DNA from: Vermamoeba vermiformis | Lineage: Eukaryota | Length of the DNA: 64,000 bases | NCBI GenBank assembly: GCA_045837725.1 | Contig: JBEWZL010000209.1 | Coordinates: forward strand, 186,001-250,000 | Direction of reading: 5' to 3' | In this document: one piece after another, positions 1-14,942 of the stretch | How the letters are laid out: the number at the start of each line of letters is the position of its first letter | Position numbering within the stretch: the stretch's first letter is position 1 | Notes under the pieces: generated by a model | Seen by the model: only the letters and a program-made list of their open reading frames with translations | What the model was told of the DNA's origin: nothing | The model's database searches: none | Program-made: the position numbers and the translations under genes

Positions 1-1344
1 GGATGTCGACTACTTACGGGTGGCACGGAAGATAGCAATTTGAGGAACGCTTTCGGTAGTTCTTTGTTGTACTTGATGCCTGTTTTCAACGTTTCAAATG
101 TGAGTACTTCTCCTTCTTTGCTCTTTGAATTGGCGTTGCTCAATGTCTCGACGTTCAAGCTGTCACGCATCTCCTTAGCAACTTTCTCAGCATCGGTCGA
201 AGCACTTTGCAATATGAATTTCAACAAAACAGGCAAGTCCTCGATTTTGCTGCTGTCAAGCATGTGAATAATGCTACTGCGCACTTTGTCCAACAGTTCG
301 GGCTTGAGGTTCAGATTGGACAGTGTATCGACAACTGAAACAGTGAATTCTGCGTCAGTCTCCAACATGTTGCGTAGTTCGTCAATAATGAGCTTGAAAA
401 TAACGTCAGAGAATGGTTTTGAATAACTGAATAAGCGTACCTGATGTCCATAATCATCTACAATCTCCGGAATAAACGACACAATCTCCTTCTTCAATCG
501 CGGTGTGCACACTGACAACGTCTCCACCAACTTCCTGGCCAAGCCCTCGCTGTCAACGATGTGATCTAACCAACGGAACTGACTCAGAATTAGCCGCGGG
601 ATATTGTCCTCGATGGCCATTGCACTGCGTTTGTTAGAGTCAAATTGCACGATCATCAATGCCGAACTTACTCGTCGTCGGTCATGTAGTCAGGAATCTT
701 CTCCAACAAGAAGTCAATCACTGCTGTTTGCGTTGCTGGCACGCCAAGAAACATTTTGACGATACTCTCTTGCCCAACAGCACCGACAGCCATGAAGCTA
801 ATAAGCTTATTAGAACAACAATAATCATGGCGCAGTATGACTTACGCGGAGTCTTCGTTGGCGCTCGCAATCAACGGGATCAAGGATCGTTTTAGGTTGT
901 CTTCGTTTGACAGATGCGCGAAAAATGCTTTCAAAACATTTTTCTTAGCATCAGCGTCGCCATTATATTTCTTTTCAAGGCTGCGTTTGGTGGCAGCAGT
1001 CGAGCCTAAATTAGAAATATTAATTTCTGGATGTCGGAATAGGTCGCCTTTCTCTTACCCGTTAAATGCCATTTGCTGCCTCTAATTTTTAAAGAATATT
1101 CCCTCATAAGCTTCGAAAAGTCGTCAGTTGGCGCTGAGCCAGATTCGTCATCAATGCGCCGTTTTTTCGTTGGTGATTGGCCTAAAAATCATGAATTATG
1201 GTTAAAAATATTTTAGATTAATTTTATTTGGTTAAGAAATGGAAAAACAGCCAGGCGCAAGCCTTCAGATCGCGGATCGAAGCTGGATTCAGGCTTTAGC
1301 CGAAGCTTACTTGAATCTGCAGAGCTAATTTCCTTTCTCTTCAT
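1..1344 (-). CDS. FANCD2: Fanconi anemia group D2 protein, multi-exon; 3' end lies beyond the window start
   Basis: Minus-strand exon (~441-625) reads NIPRLILSQFRWLDHIVDSEGLARKLVETLSVCTPRLKKEIVSFIPEIVDD, matching the FANCD2 N-terminal region. Probable ATG at 1344 (MKRKEISSADS, then a GTAAGC donor). Confidence 0.85.
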
Positions 1345-1740
1345 GGCTAGCGATTCCTTATGACTCTGCTTTGTTGTCTTCAGCCAAACAAACAAAATGA
1401 AATAATTCGCGCGAGAAATTCTGAGAATAAAGTACAAGACAAAGAACAAACCAAAATTGGTGACTGTTTCTACAAGAATCGCAATATTCAGAGCAACGGG
1501 ATCACTAGGGATGGATCAATGATTCGGCCAATAGAACCAAAAAAACAGCGAGAACCGGACCTAACTCTGCGTGAGCAGTGAACTACTTGTCTTTGTAGTA
1601 CAACCGTGTGGTACTCACACAAGCAGCTTGACACGTCACGTGCATTTTAAAATTGATAAAAGTCTTGACAAAATCAGATCGGGAACAAATTTTTATTTTA
1701 CTTGCTCGGTCATTCATGACAACATAGATAGTAGTCACGA

Positions 1741-2772
1741 ATGTCGAATCAATCAAGTCCCAATAGCAATGTATCACCAACACGGCTGTCGGTCTCAAAC
1801 ATTTGGAAAATGCACGGAGGATCAGTCCACTTATTGATACCCACCGCTGCTCCAATTCTGCTTCCAGAAAATACTAATACACAAACCGGTCGCAATAATG
1901 TAAATAATAATAATACGATTTCAAACAATTTTGTCAATAATTCTGTAAATACTCCAAATCAAATACCACAAGTTGTAAATAAGAATTCCAGCGGGAGTAT
2001 AAATATCAATGTAAATAATAGAATAACCGAAGCAAATAATGCACGCAGTAATACGACAACAGTTAATAATTCTTCGGCGGATTCAACATCGATCAAAAAA
2101 CCACCCAACGCTTTTATGCTCTATAGTAATGACATGCGTGCCAAACTGAAGACCGAATTACCTGATGCTAAGCAAGGAGAGCTCGTCAAAATAATTGGTG
2201 CTCGCTGGAAGGCATGTCATCCAGATGAAAAAGCAAAGTACGCGCAAAAGGCCGCGGAGCTGCTAGCAGAATGGAAGACAAAACATCCTGGCTGGGAAGA
2301 TGCACTCAGACAGAAGCGCCAAGAGAGTGCCGCCAAATCGAAGAAACGACGTGCCGAAGCCATGAGCTCGGATCTGGTCTTGAGTGACAGCAGCAATCAC
2401 AGTGTAGCAGAGACTGCAGTGCAAGAACCCGCGCATAAGAAGAGGAAGGTGGACAGCACTCGCAGTGCGAATACGACCAAGAACAGCTTGACTACAGCGA
2501 GCTTGAAGGACTCACTCATGGCTGCAAATAGCATACTCAACAACATCTCGCTGTTTTTAACGAGTCGCAATCAAAGCATACCAATCGCGCGACCTAGCTT
2601 TGATGAAGAGGACAGTCAGTCACAGGACAGCTGTCAAGTAGATGCTTCGCGCAAGAGCTCATTGTACTCTAACCCGATCACACCCTGCTTTGATGAAGAT
2701 CAGACCAGTGACAGTAGCAATGAAGTGCTCAATGACAACAGTGCGCAGTATGTGGATACGCGGGCTGATTAG
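1741..2772 (+). CDS. HMG-box DNA-binding protein, intronless, with Asn/Ser-rich flanks
   Basis: 343-aa ORF containing IKKPPNAFMLYSNDMRAKLK...ELVKIIGARWK...EKAKYAQKA...HPGW, a single SOX/MATA-type HMG box. Confidence 0.9.
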   Translation: MSNQSSPNSNVSPTRLSVSNIWKMHGGSVHLLIPTAAPILLPENTNTQTGRNNVNNNNTISNNFVNNSVNTPNQIPQVVNKNSSGSININVNNRITEANNARSNTTTVNNSSADSTSIKKPPNAFMLYSNDMRAKLKTELPDAKQGELVKIIGARWKACHPDEKAKYAQKAAELLAEWKTKHPGWEDALRQKRQESAAKSKKRRAEAMSSDLVLSDSSNHSVAETAVQEPAHKKRKVDSTRSANTTKNSLTTASLKDSLMAANSILNNISLFLTSRNQSIPIARPSFDEEDSQSQDSCQVDASRKSSLYSNPITPCFDEDQTSDSSNEVLNDNSAQYVDTRAD

Positions 2773-3130
2773 TGTTTTAATAAATTTTGTTTTAAAGCCA
2801 CCCAGTCTGATCTAGAAAAGGCAAGCACCGCGTGGTATCAATCTAGACTTATTAGCGAGACCAAATGAGATGTTGACTGGACTGTGTTTGGGGTCGATGT
2901 ACTTGTTGGCTTTTTAAGGGCGAGGATGCCTCTTCAGAGGAAAAGACCCGCTGATGATAGTGAACACAGTATCAGAACCCGATTCCAACACACCGTTGAG
3001 ATCAAACAAGTTAAAATAAGTGCTCACAGGGTGCAACAATATGCCAGCCTATATAGAGCTATTCATTTCACTCGCAGATGGAATCAAGAGTGCGTTCGTC
3101 AAATAAATGGATGTCAAATCAAATTTACAA

Positions 3131-6324
<3,194 letters not shown>

Positions 6325-6354
6325 GGTGATCTGGATCGCAAAAAATGTTCGATT

Positions 6355-6970
6355 GAGGGAATTAAAAACTTAACTTACGCGGCATAAATTTTTTTTTTCG
6401 CGCTTAAGTTATGCGGCGTAAAAAATTATTCCTCAAATGCGTTTCAAACTTAACTTATCTTTTTTCTCAAATCAACCGCGACCTTGAGCGACGCTCAAAA
6501 ATTATAGTATTAATAATATAATTAAGTACCAATGTTATATTAACGTAAGCCACGAAAGTGGTTATGAAAGAAAATTTCAAATAATCCGAAAATTAGATCC
6601 CGCTTTCTCTCGTGCGAGTATGTGTCGACTGGCTCGTTTAGCGTTCAGAATTATCGTTAGACACTATGACAGCCTTAGTCTACCATACTCAGCAGTGTGG
6701 TGCCTCACTGGAGTTGAGAATAGACTGCGTGACTCAAAAAAAATCATTCGCTTTTCTCCTCAGCAACGAGCACCACAAGAGTCGCACCACTCCAGTTCCA
6801 TCTTATATATGCAGTAATATAACTATATATATTTTTAAGAATTTTTCTGTCGTGCTAAGCCACCGATCAGCACATCATCTGATCTTCAATTTTTTTGTCT
6901 CTCGTGTCAAGAGCTAGTTCTTAGCGATTTTTTTTTTTTATGCCACGTAAGTTAAGTTTTTAATTCCCTC
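6355..6970. mobile_element. Non-autonomous DNA transposon (MITE-like), 616 bp
   Basis: Terminal inverted repeats GAGGGAATTAAAAACTTAACTTACG(C/T)GGCATAAA at 6355-6388 and 6937-6970 (33/34 match). ATT on both flanks (6352-6354 and 6971-6973). No credible internal ORF. Confidence 0.8.
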
Positions 6971-7104
6971 ATTGACACTTATTTTTATTTTCATTTTGTA
7001 CAATATCTACATAAGCAGAAGTCAGGTGGCTAATTAAGTCATACCTGAGCTCAGGCCTTTCTACTTTACAAGCATTAAACTAATCTTATCCTATCCCGTG
7101 ACCC

Positions 7105-8002
7105 CTATTCCTTGTGCTGGTCGTGCACATCCGCAACGCTGTGTTCAATCTCGGAGTGCATGCCGACCAGTTCAGGGTGCGCGAGTGGATCAGTTTGATG
7201 GTGCTCTTCGGTCATATGATCAGGCTGACTCACGTGGCCTGCATCGTGACTTGACTCCTCCTGCGAGCCCTTCTTAGAGTCGTCGAGATATGCTTCACTG
7301 TCCGCGCCCATTGACGCGTTGTTGTCGCCTGAAGACGCCTCGTCCTCGCCCTCTTCGCCATTCTTCTTGCGTTGAAATCGACCGCTCTTGCCTCGCCGCC
7401 TGTTTGTGGCGTGTTTGTGGCGAGATTCGTGTAAATATGGCTGTAGAAGATGATAAGACTCTATATCAGTGAATATTATGGCATCACTACGCACCTTGCG
7501 CTGTTTTGGCAGTTTGTTTTCTTGTTCGAGTTTAGCGCGTTGTTGTCGTCGCTTAAGAATGCGGTGGTATTGTTTGGCATTGACGTATAACGGTTCCTCT
7601 ACTACTTCGGGCTGTGCTACTCGTTGTGTATACAAATTGAGGTTCATATAGTTGTGTGCTGCATTTTCCTGTAGATGTGACATCCGCGTCAGCAAAATCG
7701 AAATAACGCAATGCACACTCCGGGCATGAATCGGAAATAATTATCTCAGCACAGTAGATTAATACTTACAGGAATTTGTGCGTCTCCGTGCAAGGCGTGT
7801 AACGAGCTGGCCTGATGCACTGCCGCGTCATCTACGAAAAGTGAATGAATTAATTCAAATAAACTCCGCAACGAACTAAAAAAATTATAATAATATTTGT
7901 ACTAAAAATAAAATTAATTTCTCAACGATTTATACCTGCAGGCGCATCTTGCGGAACGAACGTCTGATTCGGTGCAGTTGCAAATGCATATTGCGCGGCC
8001 AT
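7105..8002 (-). CDS. NFYA: CCAAT-binding factor subunit A (NF-YA/HAP2), multi-exon
   Basis: [25 protein letters not shown]...[24 protein letters not shown] is the CBF-B/NF-YA domain. Probable ATG at 8002 (MAAQYAFAT). Confidence 0.93.
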
Positions 8003-8323
8003 ATTCTCCAAAGGTCCTTTGACACTTATACTAAGTAAATTTCGGTAAGTCTGCCGTGAGTGGTGGGGAACTGACCAATAGTGTGAGAGTAAGTGACGAA
8101 AGGAAAAAAAACTAACCAATGGCAACGAACCCCCTCTGAGAAAGTCAAGAAAACCGTTTGCTTTCATTTTATAATCTTGATTTTCGGGAGTAAGCTGATT
8201 TGTACGATATTCTTTGACTTTTCCCTCAGAGTCACGCGCTAGATCGTAGTTTACACGATTTCGATTTATTTTACTTATATATGTACATGCTATTCGAGTA
8301 TTAGGACAGAATAATCAAAAATC

Positions 8324-11300
8324 CTATAGGTTGCTAATTTCATCCATCAGGTCGTTGAGGAGCTGTTTGGAATCGATCGACGTCTTCACCTCCGGTCGCG
8401 CATCCATTGCACTAGGCACGGTTGTGACCGGGGTATTAATGAATTCGGCGACAATATTACGATTCGGTTTGGGCAATGGGAATGTTGAAACCAGTGGGCC
8501 TAGAGAGCCTGTCATGGTGTCGCCCTCGGATGAGTTCGTCAAGCTGCGCGGTTTGGCGTTGTCATCAAAGGCTCGCGGTTTCAATAAAGGTATCGGGCCC
8601 AGCGAGCCAGGGGTAATGTCTGTCTTGCGCGACAGACTGGCACGAGGCACTGCGCGATCAGTGTGACGCCGCGATTTCTTAATGTCAGCCAGGGCTTTGG
8701 CACGTGACGCGGTGGGTGTGGGCTCTTCTTCCACAGTCTTCAACGGCTTTTCAGCTGATCCTCGCTTCATCCTCTTGATCTCAGCAGGTGTGATCGAGGG
8801 CATTGGTGAAACAGATGTGCGTCGCTTTTTGTCCTTGAGTTCCTTGGCTAACTTCTTCTCCTCTTCCTTTTCAAGCTCGCGCTGTTTCTTTGCTTCTTTG
8901 GAGCTCAGAGCAGTAGCGCCAATAGAGGCTGAGTGCTTCATGCTGGCTGTGGCAGGAGGTGTTTCCACTGACACGAGGGAAGCTGACTTTGCCATCTCTT
9001 CTTTGGGCGTGGGTTTGGCAGGCGGAATGTCCGTCAAGGTCTGCGTCACTTCGTCCAACAAGTTCGAGATCGAATCTTTCTTGCGGATTGAAGCGCGCAC
9101 ATGAGCTTGAGACTTGCGGCGTTCGTTCTTAATTGACGTTCTTTTAGTCTTCTCCGCACCAGCTGCTGTTGTTGGTCGGCGCGGTGAAGTTCGCAAATCT
9201 TCTTCGTCCACCAAGTACAATACGACTTGCAACAGCTCGTAGATCTCTGTCTGTACAGCTTGCAACTCTTTGTCGCGAAGAAGTTTGTTGTAGATTGCGC
9301 GTAATGGGTTGAATTTCGTCGAGTCTACGTGTTCTAACCGTTGATCTTGAGGTACAAATACAAAACACCATTTGATTGCTCCTAAGCACGGCAAACAAAT
9401 GGGCACAGCATTCTAGGCATCGGGTTAGTCGACATTAATAGGGCATAAGTAATTGCAACGTACCTGCTGATAAAATCTATCAATGGCCTTAATTAACCGA
9501 TGAATGCCTCCATTCTTTACGACTTGAATGGCAGAGTTGACGTGTTGACTGCACACCTCGAGGAATCGGCACACATTGTAGACGTACATGTGCTTTGTCG
9601 GTGAGTTGTCTTGTATGGCCAATTCTTCAATTGCAAGGGCAATGGCTTTTTGTCTGAAAGTTCACAAGTTAGTCCTGAACAACTAATTGAAACAAGTCCG
9701 GCTACATACTCAATGATTGTTGTGCGGCCTAAATTAGTGTCGGCCATCAAGCTCAAGCAAGACCAAGACTGACGAGCCAAAGGTTCTTCAGGATTGGCCA
9801 ATGAGATGTTTTGAACCAATGTATCGACACCGCCAGCAGCTGCCAGTTCCAACATGACATGAGGATTAGACGCGCAGTCTGAGAGCAAATAACTTGTAGC
9901 TGCTGTCAAGTCCCTCAATGTGTCACCAGAAATAGGATGTTCAGCGGTAGGTGGTGCAACAAGAGCCTAAAAGAATTGGTCAGACCGCGCTGTCGGCCAC
10001 TTTCAATTCAACACGTACCTTCATATGCGCCTTAGCCTTGTCACTTTGAATGATATCAATTGCTTGCAATTCCTCCCACAAATCAAGCAACAACAATAAA
10101 TTGGCCTTCAATTGCTTGTCTTGCGCTGTGAACAATTCTAATTTCAATTCATCTGCACCAACCTTGGCACAGCTCGGGTCTAGCTTGTAAATCTATCGAA
10201 CGATTAGTACGCTGTAGATTATATGGCTTTTACTAGCGAACGTACCTGTAACAATGTCTGTGCTGCTCGAATTTTAATCATCAAGTTGTCCTCGGCTTGG
10301 CCACAGATGAGATTTTTCAACGCCTCGTGACCACTGTGCTGCACGAGAGCTGAGACACCTACTGCCAGTGCACTCAACTTGAACAGACAATAGCACGCGG
10401 CACTGACGACGTTGGGCATCGGATCTTTGAGCATTTGAATCACAGTCGCAATGAGTGAGTTGCCATTAGCCAACATCTTCTCTTTGCTCAACGAGATCTG
10501 AGGCACACTGGAATTTCTCTTCACTGGAGATTCACCGCTCGCTTTGTCAATCTTGTGCTCGTTAGGATCTGCAAATGTCAATTGAACGAGTTGCAGCTGT
10601 CCTTTCAACGAAATTGCTAGCTGAGCCACGATAGCTGCGGCGTACTTTCGAACTTGAGCTGAATTGTCGCGCAATAAAGGACCGATAACTGCGACGGCAT
10701 TGTTTTCAATGACTTGATTGATGGTCTTCAAATCAATCATATTCTGCAACAAGTCCCACAGGTGTTGTTTTTTCTTCAGATCTGAAAGAGTGGCGCCACC
10801 ACTTTTGAGGGCGTTGAGGGCTTGCATAGCTTTAGTCTCACTAGGCTCGTCTTCGTCAGCATATTTCATCTTCCTCCAGCTGATATTTTGTTAATAATAC
10901 TGCTGTAAATACTTATTTCACCAACGCGTACCTATTATAGCTTTGAGAAGTCTTAAATATAGGCGCTAATTCTTCGTGTTCATCGCACAAAAACTCTTCG
11001 TTCTCGACCTCTTCTAAGAATCCCTTGGTGTAATTATAGAATTGATGTCGCACCCTGCAAGATAAATACGATCCAAGTTAGTGGCTAAAAAATATTTTTC
11101 AACGAATTAATTACGCACCATTTCTCTCCTTTTTGCAACTGAATACCGCTGATGACGTTAGTGATGAACTCCTTGTCCATAGATGATAACTTCAGACTGC
11201 GTTTCTTCACCACACCGACTGAGAACGAAGCCATCATGTCGTACCATTCGGTCTTAGTTTCAAATACTGCATTTGTAGTCGCGCAAATGTATTGTTTTTG

Positions 11301-12815
11301 TTGTACCGGAGTAATGTCCGTCAACGAGACATAAGGAAAGATCATTCCTGCGTAGCTCTGAAAAAAATCAAAATAATTAGAAATAATTCCAAAATATTGT
11401 TTATAATACCTTTAACGGGGCTACTAATAATGGCGCTGATATACAACAATTGCCGACATCTTTGGCGGGCTGTCCGAAGAACAAGATCCGATTTCTAAAT
11501 TAGGTAATCGTTTTTAATAAAGTGAGGCGAAATAGATTCTCGGTTCACTTACTCTAATAATAGGCCATACCAAATGTACATTGTGTCTACACCGAAGCGG
11601 GTAATTAACTGCGTCAAGTTCGCACCGGGCAGATCAACCCCGCTCACGGTTGGTGGAACTATCAAAGAAAAAGTTTTGTCGTTCCATTTGAAGGTCTCTT
11701 TCTTCTTCCAATTTGTATTTAACGCCTCGTATACTTGCTTTAAGATCGTTGCGTCTTTTGTTTCCTGCTCATACGTAAATACATACGCTTTAACTTCCAA
11801 ATTAGGAAAACTTACCACGAACTTGTGGATCGCCTCGCGCAAGATAGGTTCGTAAATATCGAAGCAAGGACTGCGACTCAACAATAGCATGGCTTTTTGA
11901 ATGGCTCCTCGTTTGGCTAAATTAAATCAATTAATAAAGCGCATCCCGCAAGATTATGGCAAAGTTTGGCTTTACAGCAGATCAAATTAATTAATAGCCC
12001 AACAATTAATATAAAAGGACGAGTGTCGATTGGATGACGTGTTCTTGACGAGCGAATTTTTTGTGCACCGCGCAGCTCCCGATCCGGAGATTTTGCAATT
12101 CGCATGAGATTAAACCAGTATACAACTTTAAAGACGAGGGATTATATAAAATAAAGTACCTTTTGGATCCGGCAGATTGACGAACATGGACAAGCCATAA
12201 ATTATCTCTTCGCTTACGTCACTCTTCTTTGTGGTCGGGAACTCAAATATTCTTCGTTCCTTTGATCTTTTGATCGCTATATACGTGTGGTCTTCGCTCG
12301 TAATATGAGAACCTATAACACAAAAATTAAATTAGCTCGATCGAGGCAATACGCTGTGATTCAATTTCACTTTCTACAGCGATTTCAAATCAAAAAGATT
12401 ACGTTCGGATTTTGTATGAATTAAGGTATCGAAATAGCTGATTTAATTATTATTATAAGAGTCCCGACCGTGAACGGCGGATTTATTATGCTATGAAATC
12501 TTACCATCTGGTAGAGCCAAGTCCGCTAAGTTTGGTTCATTATGCGGAAATTCGACTTCTTTTGGATATACTTCGGTCAATGTATTGCCACTGGTTATGT
12601 CAAACTCTGTGAAGGAGAGATTTAGTACCGTACCGTAACGCGAAAAACAAATTAATGCCAATAATTATATTCCCGTTGTATATATGATTTATTATCAATA
12701 AATATCATATTAAAATGCTCATAATTACGATGGGAATATTAGGCAATAAATTCGTTAGATCGCGAATTTACAACGTACCTGCAATGGCTATTGCGAAAAT
12801 AGGTTGGTCTGCCAT
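8324..12815 (-). CDS. DENN-family (AVL9/DENND11/Afi1-like) protein with ARM-like repeats and a disordered basic C-terminus, multi-exon
   Basis: N-terminus AIAEFDITSGNTLTEVYP...LADLALPDGSH (uDENN-like) and cDENN-like IFPYVSLTD...YICATTNAVFE. ARM-like segments VIGPLLRDNSAQVRKYAAAIVAQLA and GGIHRLIKAI. Confidence 0.7.
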
Positions 12816-13491
12816 TTTGTTATTTATGAATAGAAACTACTCGTATTGCTGTAGAATCACTATGTCACGGGATGGGCCTTGAGCAACCAACTAAGCAAGA
12901 CTGAATAATTCCCCAGTGACGTTGGATTTGAGTTTGTTAAACGAGCAGTTGCTGTGCTGTAAGTCTTCTGAGAACTTAAATACCCGTTCTACGCGTAATA
13001 CCCAAACAACAACGGACACATGTATCTCGAGGGCGAGGTGCAAGACCACGTGACGAACCACGTGCTTAGAACGGAGATTTCATATGATCCTGAAATAAGA
13101 TCAACAAAATTTGCATATAATTAATCAGTCTTAGATATTTGACATTATGGTACCATACGTCGTGAATTCTTGATGGACCCCGGCAGCATTTTATTATTTG
13201 GCAGGCAAGTGAGTCGATCTGGCAATAGCCCTGCTCAATCGCCTTCTTCGTCACAACTCCCGCCACAAATAGTACACCATAAACCCAGGTAAGCATATGC
13301 TTAGCGTAAAGCTTTATTTTTAATTGAACAATTGTTGCAATTTGATCGATCAGAATTTATAATTCCGAGGCCTAAAATAATTATTTACCGCCACAAACCA
13401 GCGCGAATAGTAGTGGGCCTACGTTTATACCGAATATAATTGTCTGTAAATATTTTTGTAGTCAGATCGGCTGATATTTTGTTGCAACAGA

Positions 13492-14843
13492 ATGGTGCAG
13501 TCTCTGGGGGACGAGGAAAACTCCGCGTCAGATAAACTCGAAGTGGTAGAGACGACGCCCCAAGATCCTCGAGATCCAACACCGACTCAGACGCAAGAGC
13601 TTGAGTACAATAGTCCTCCAAGTCCTACTCGCCAAGTGCGCAGTACTCGCAGTACGCCAAAGGCGGCACGCGTTGTGGTGATACCAAAAAAACATCTCAT
13701 AGTGGTACAGACTAGAGAGGCTGAGGAGTTTGAAAAGGACAGCACGAGGCACACGTACAACAATAATAACAATAATACCAATTGGCACTCTGCAAATAAC
13801 AACAACACAGACGACTTCGATGGTGATGATGCCATGGACGAGAGCTACGAGGACAATGCCGCAGATGAACACAGCCATGACGAGCACATGTCTGAAGGGG
13901 ACGAAGATGTAGATATTGAAGCACTAGACGCTGACTTTGCGCAAGAAAATTACGAACCAACTCCAGACCCACTTAGTTTTCTAGATGATGAGTACTACAC
14001 ACGTCCTCCGCTTCGATCGAAAGGCAAAGGTACGCTGGGGAAGAGAGCCAAGGGCAAGGCCTATAATGCTGGTGGCAAGGCTCCACGCGCTCCATCTGGT
14101 CGTGGCAAAGCCCCACGAGCTCCATCTGGTGCTGGCAAAGCTCCTGCAGTCAGTCCAAGAGAGAAGCGTGATCAAGAACAGCGCGTCAAGTTCTTGAATG
14201 AATTACCAAATAACAACAATGCTGCTAAAGCCAAGCCGAAGAAGAAAAAAAAGAACAATGAGCTCGGCCTCATGCCTGTAGGGAAAAAACCAGAGAATAA
14301 TGATGCACGTATGTACTAATATCGTTGCTATTACAACACAATACTAATATTCTGCGTTAGCTGCAAAGAAAAAAAAGAAACTAGGTATAAAACATCAGAA
14401 ATTAGCGTATTTGTTACTAACAACTTGCAGAAAAATGGCACAAAGAGGTGATACTGTACCAACGAAGCGGTAAATTATTGATCCCGAAGAGGAGCTTCCA
14501 AAACTTGGTAGGTACTCTAACAACTAGGTTAATTAATTGACTCGCTACAGGTACGTGAGATTGTTCATGTCAGGCTGATGGAAAACTATAAATGGGCCCG
14601 TACAAGCTTAGAGGCCCTTCAATGGGCAACTGAAGACTGGGTTAGCGAACACCTTGATCTGACTAATCTGTGCACCATACATGGTGAGTACACGCCAACC
14701 TTTGTCGTACATGTATTTTAATTGTTTTAGCAAAACGAAGTACAGCTATGGTGTCAGACAGCCAATTGGTGCGAGTGATCCGTGGGAAAATGTCACACGT
14801 AAAAGATTCTATCGTGCCTGCACTTCCTCCTCCTCCTTTGTGA
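13492..14843 (+). CDS. Divergent histone H3 variant (candidate CenH3/CENP-A) with a ~280-aa N-terminal extension, 387 aa
   Basis: Exons 13492-14308, 14361-14384, 14431-14507, 14551-14683 and 14731-14843 (all GT-AG, 1164 nt in frame). The C-terminus KEVILYQRSGKLLIPKRSFQNLVREIVHVRLMENYKWARTSLEALQWATEDWVSEHLDLTNLCTIHAKRSTAMVSDSQLVRVIRG aligns by eye with the H3 histone fold. Confidence 0.88.
14071..14145 (+). repeat. 30-nt coding tandem repeat (2.5 copies) encoding xGKAPRAPSG
   Basis: ggtggcaaggctccacgcgctccatctggt / cgtggcaaagccccacgagctccatctggt / gctggcaaagctcct. Confidence 0.9.
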
Positions 14844-14942
14844 AGCTCACGCCACCTTTCATTTTTGATTTGTTTTATTTTTTGTAAATAGCTAGCCAAA
14901 TGTAGTTGTAAATGAGTTCAGTCGCAAGTTCGTCTATTTATT

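Noticed and set aside
8331-9104. Plus-strand ORFs of 111 and 140 aa
   Set aside because: Antisense shadows of the long last exon of the DENN/ARM gene, with no recognisable motifs.
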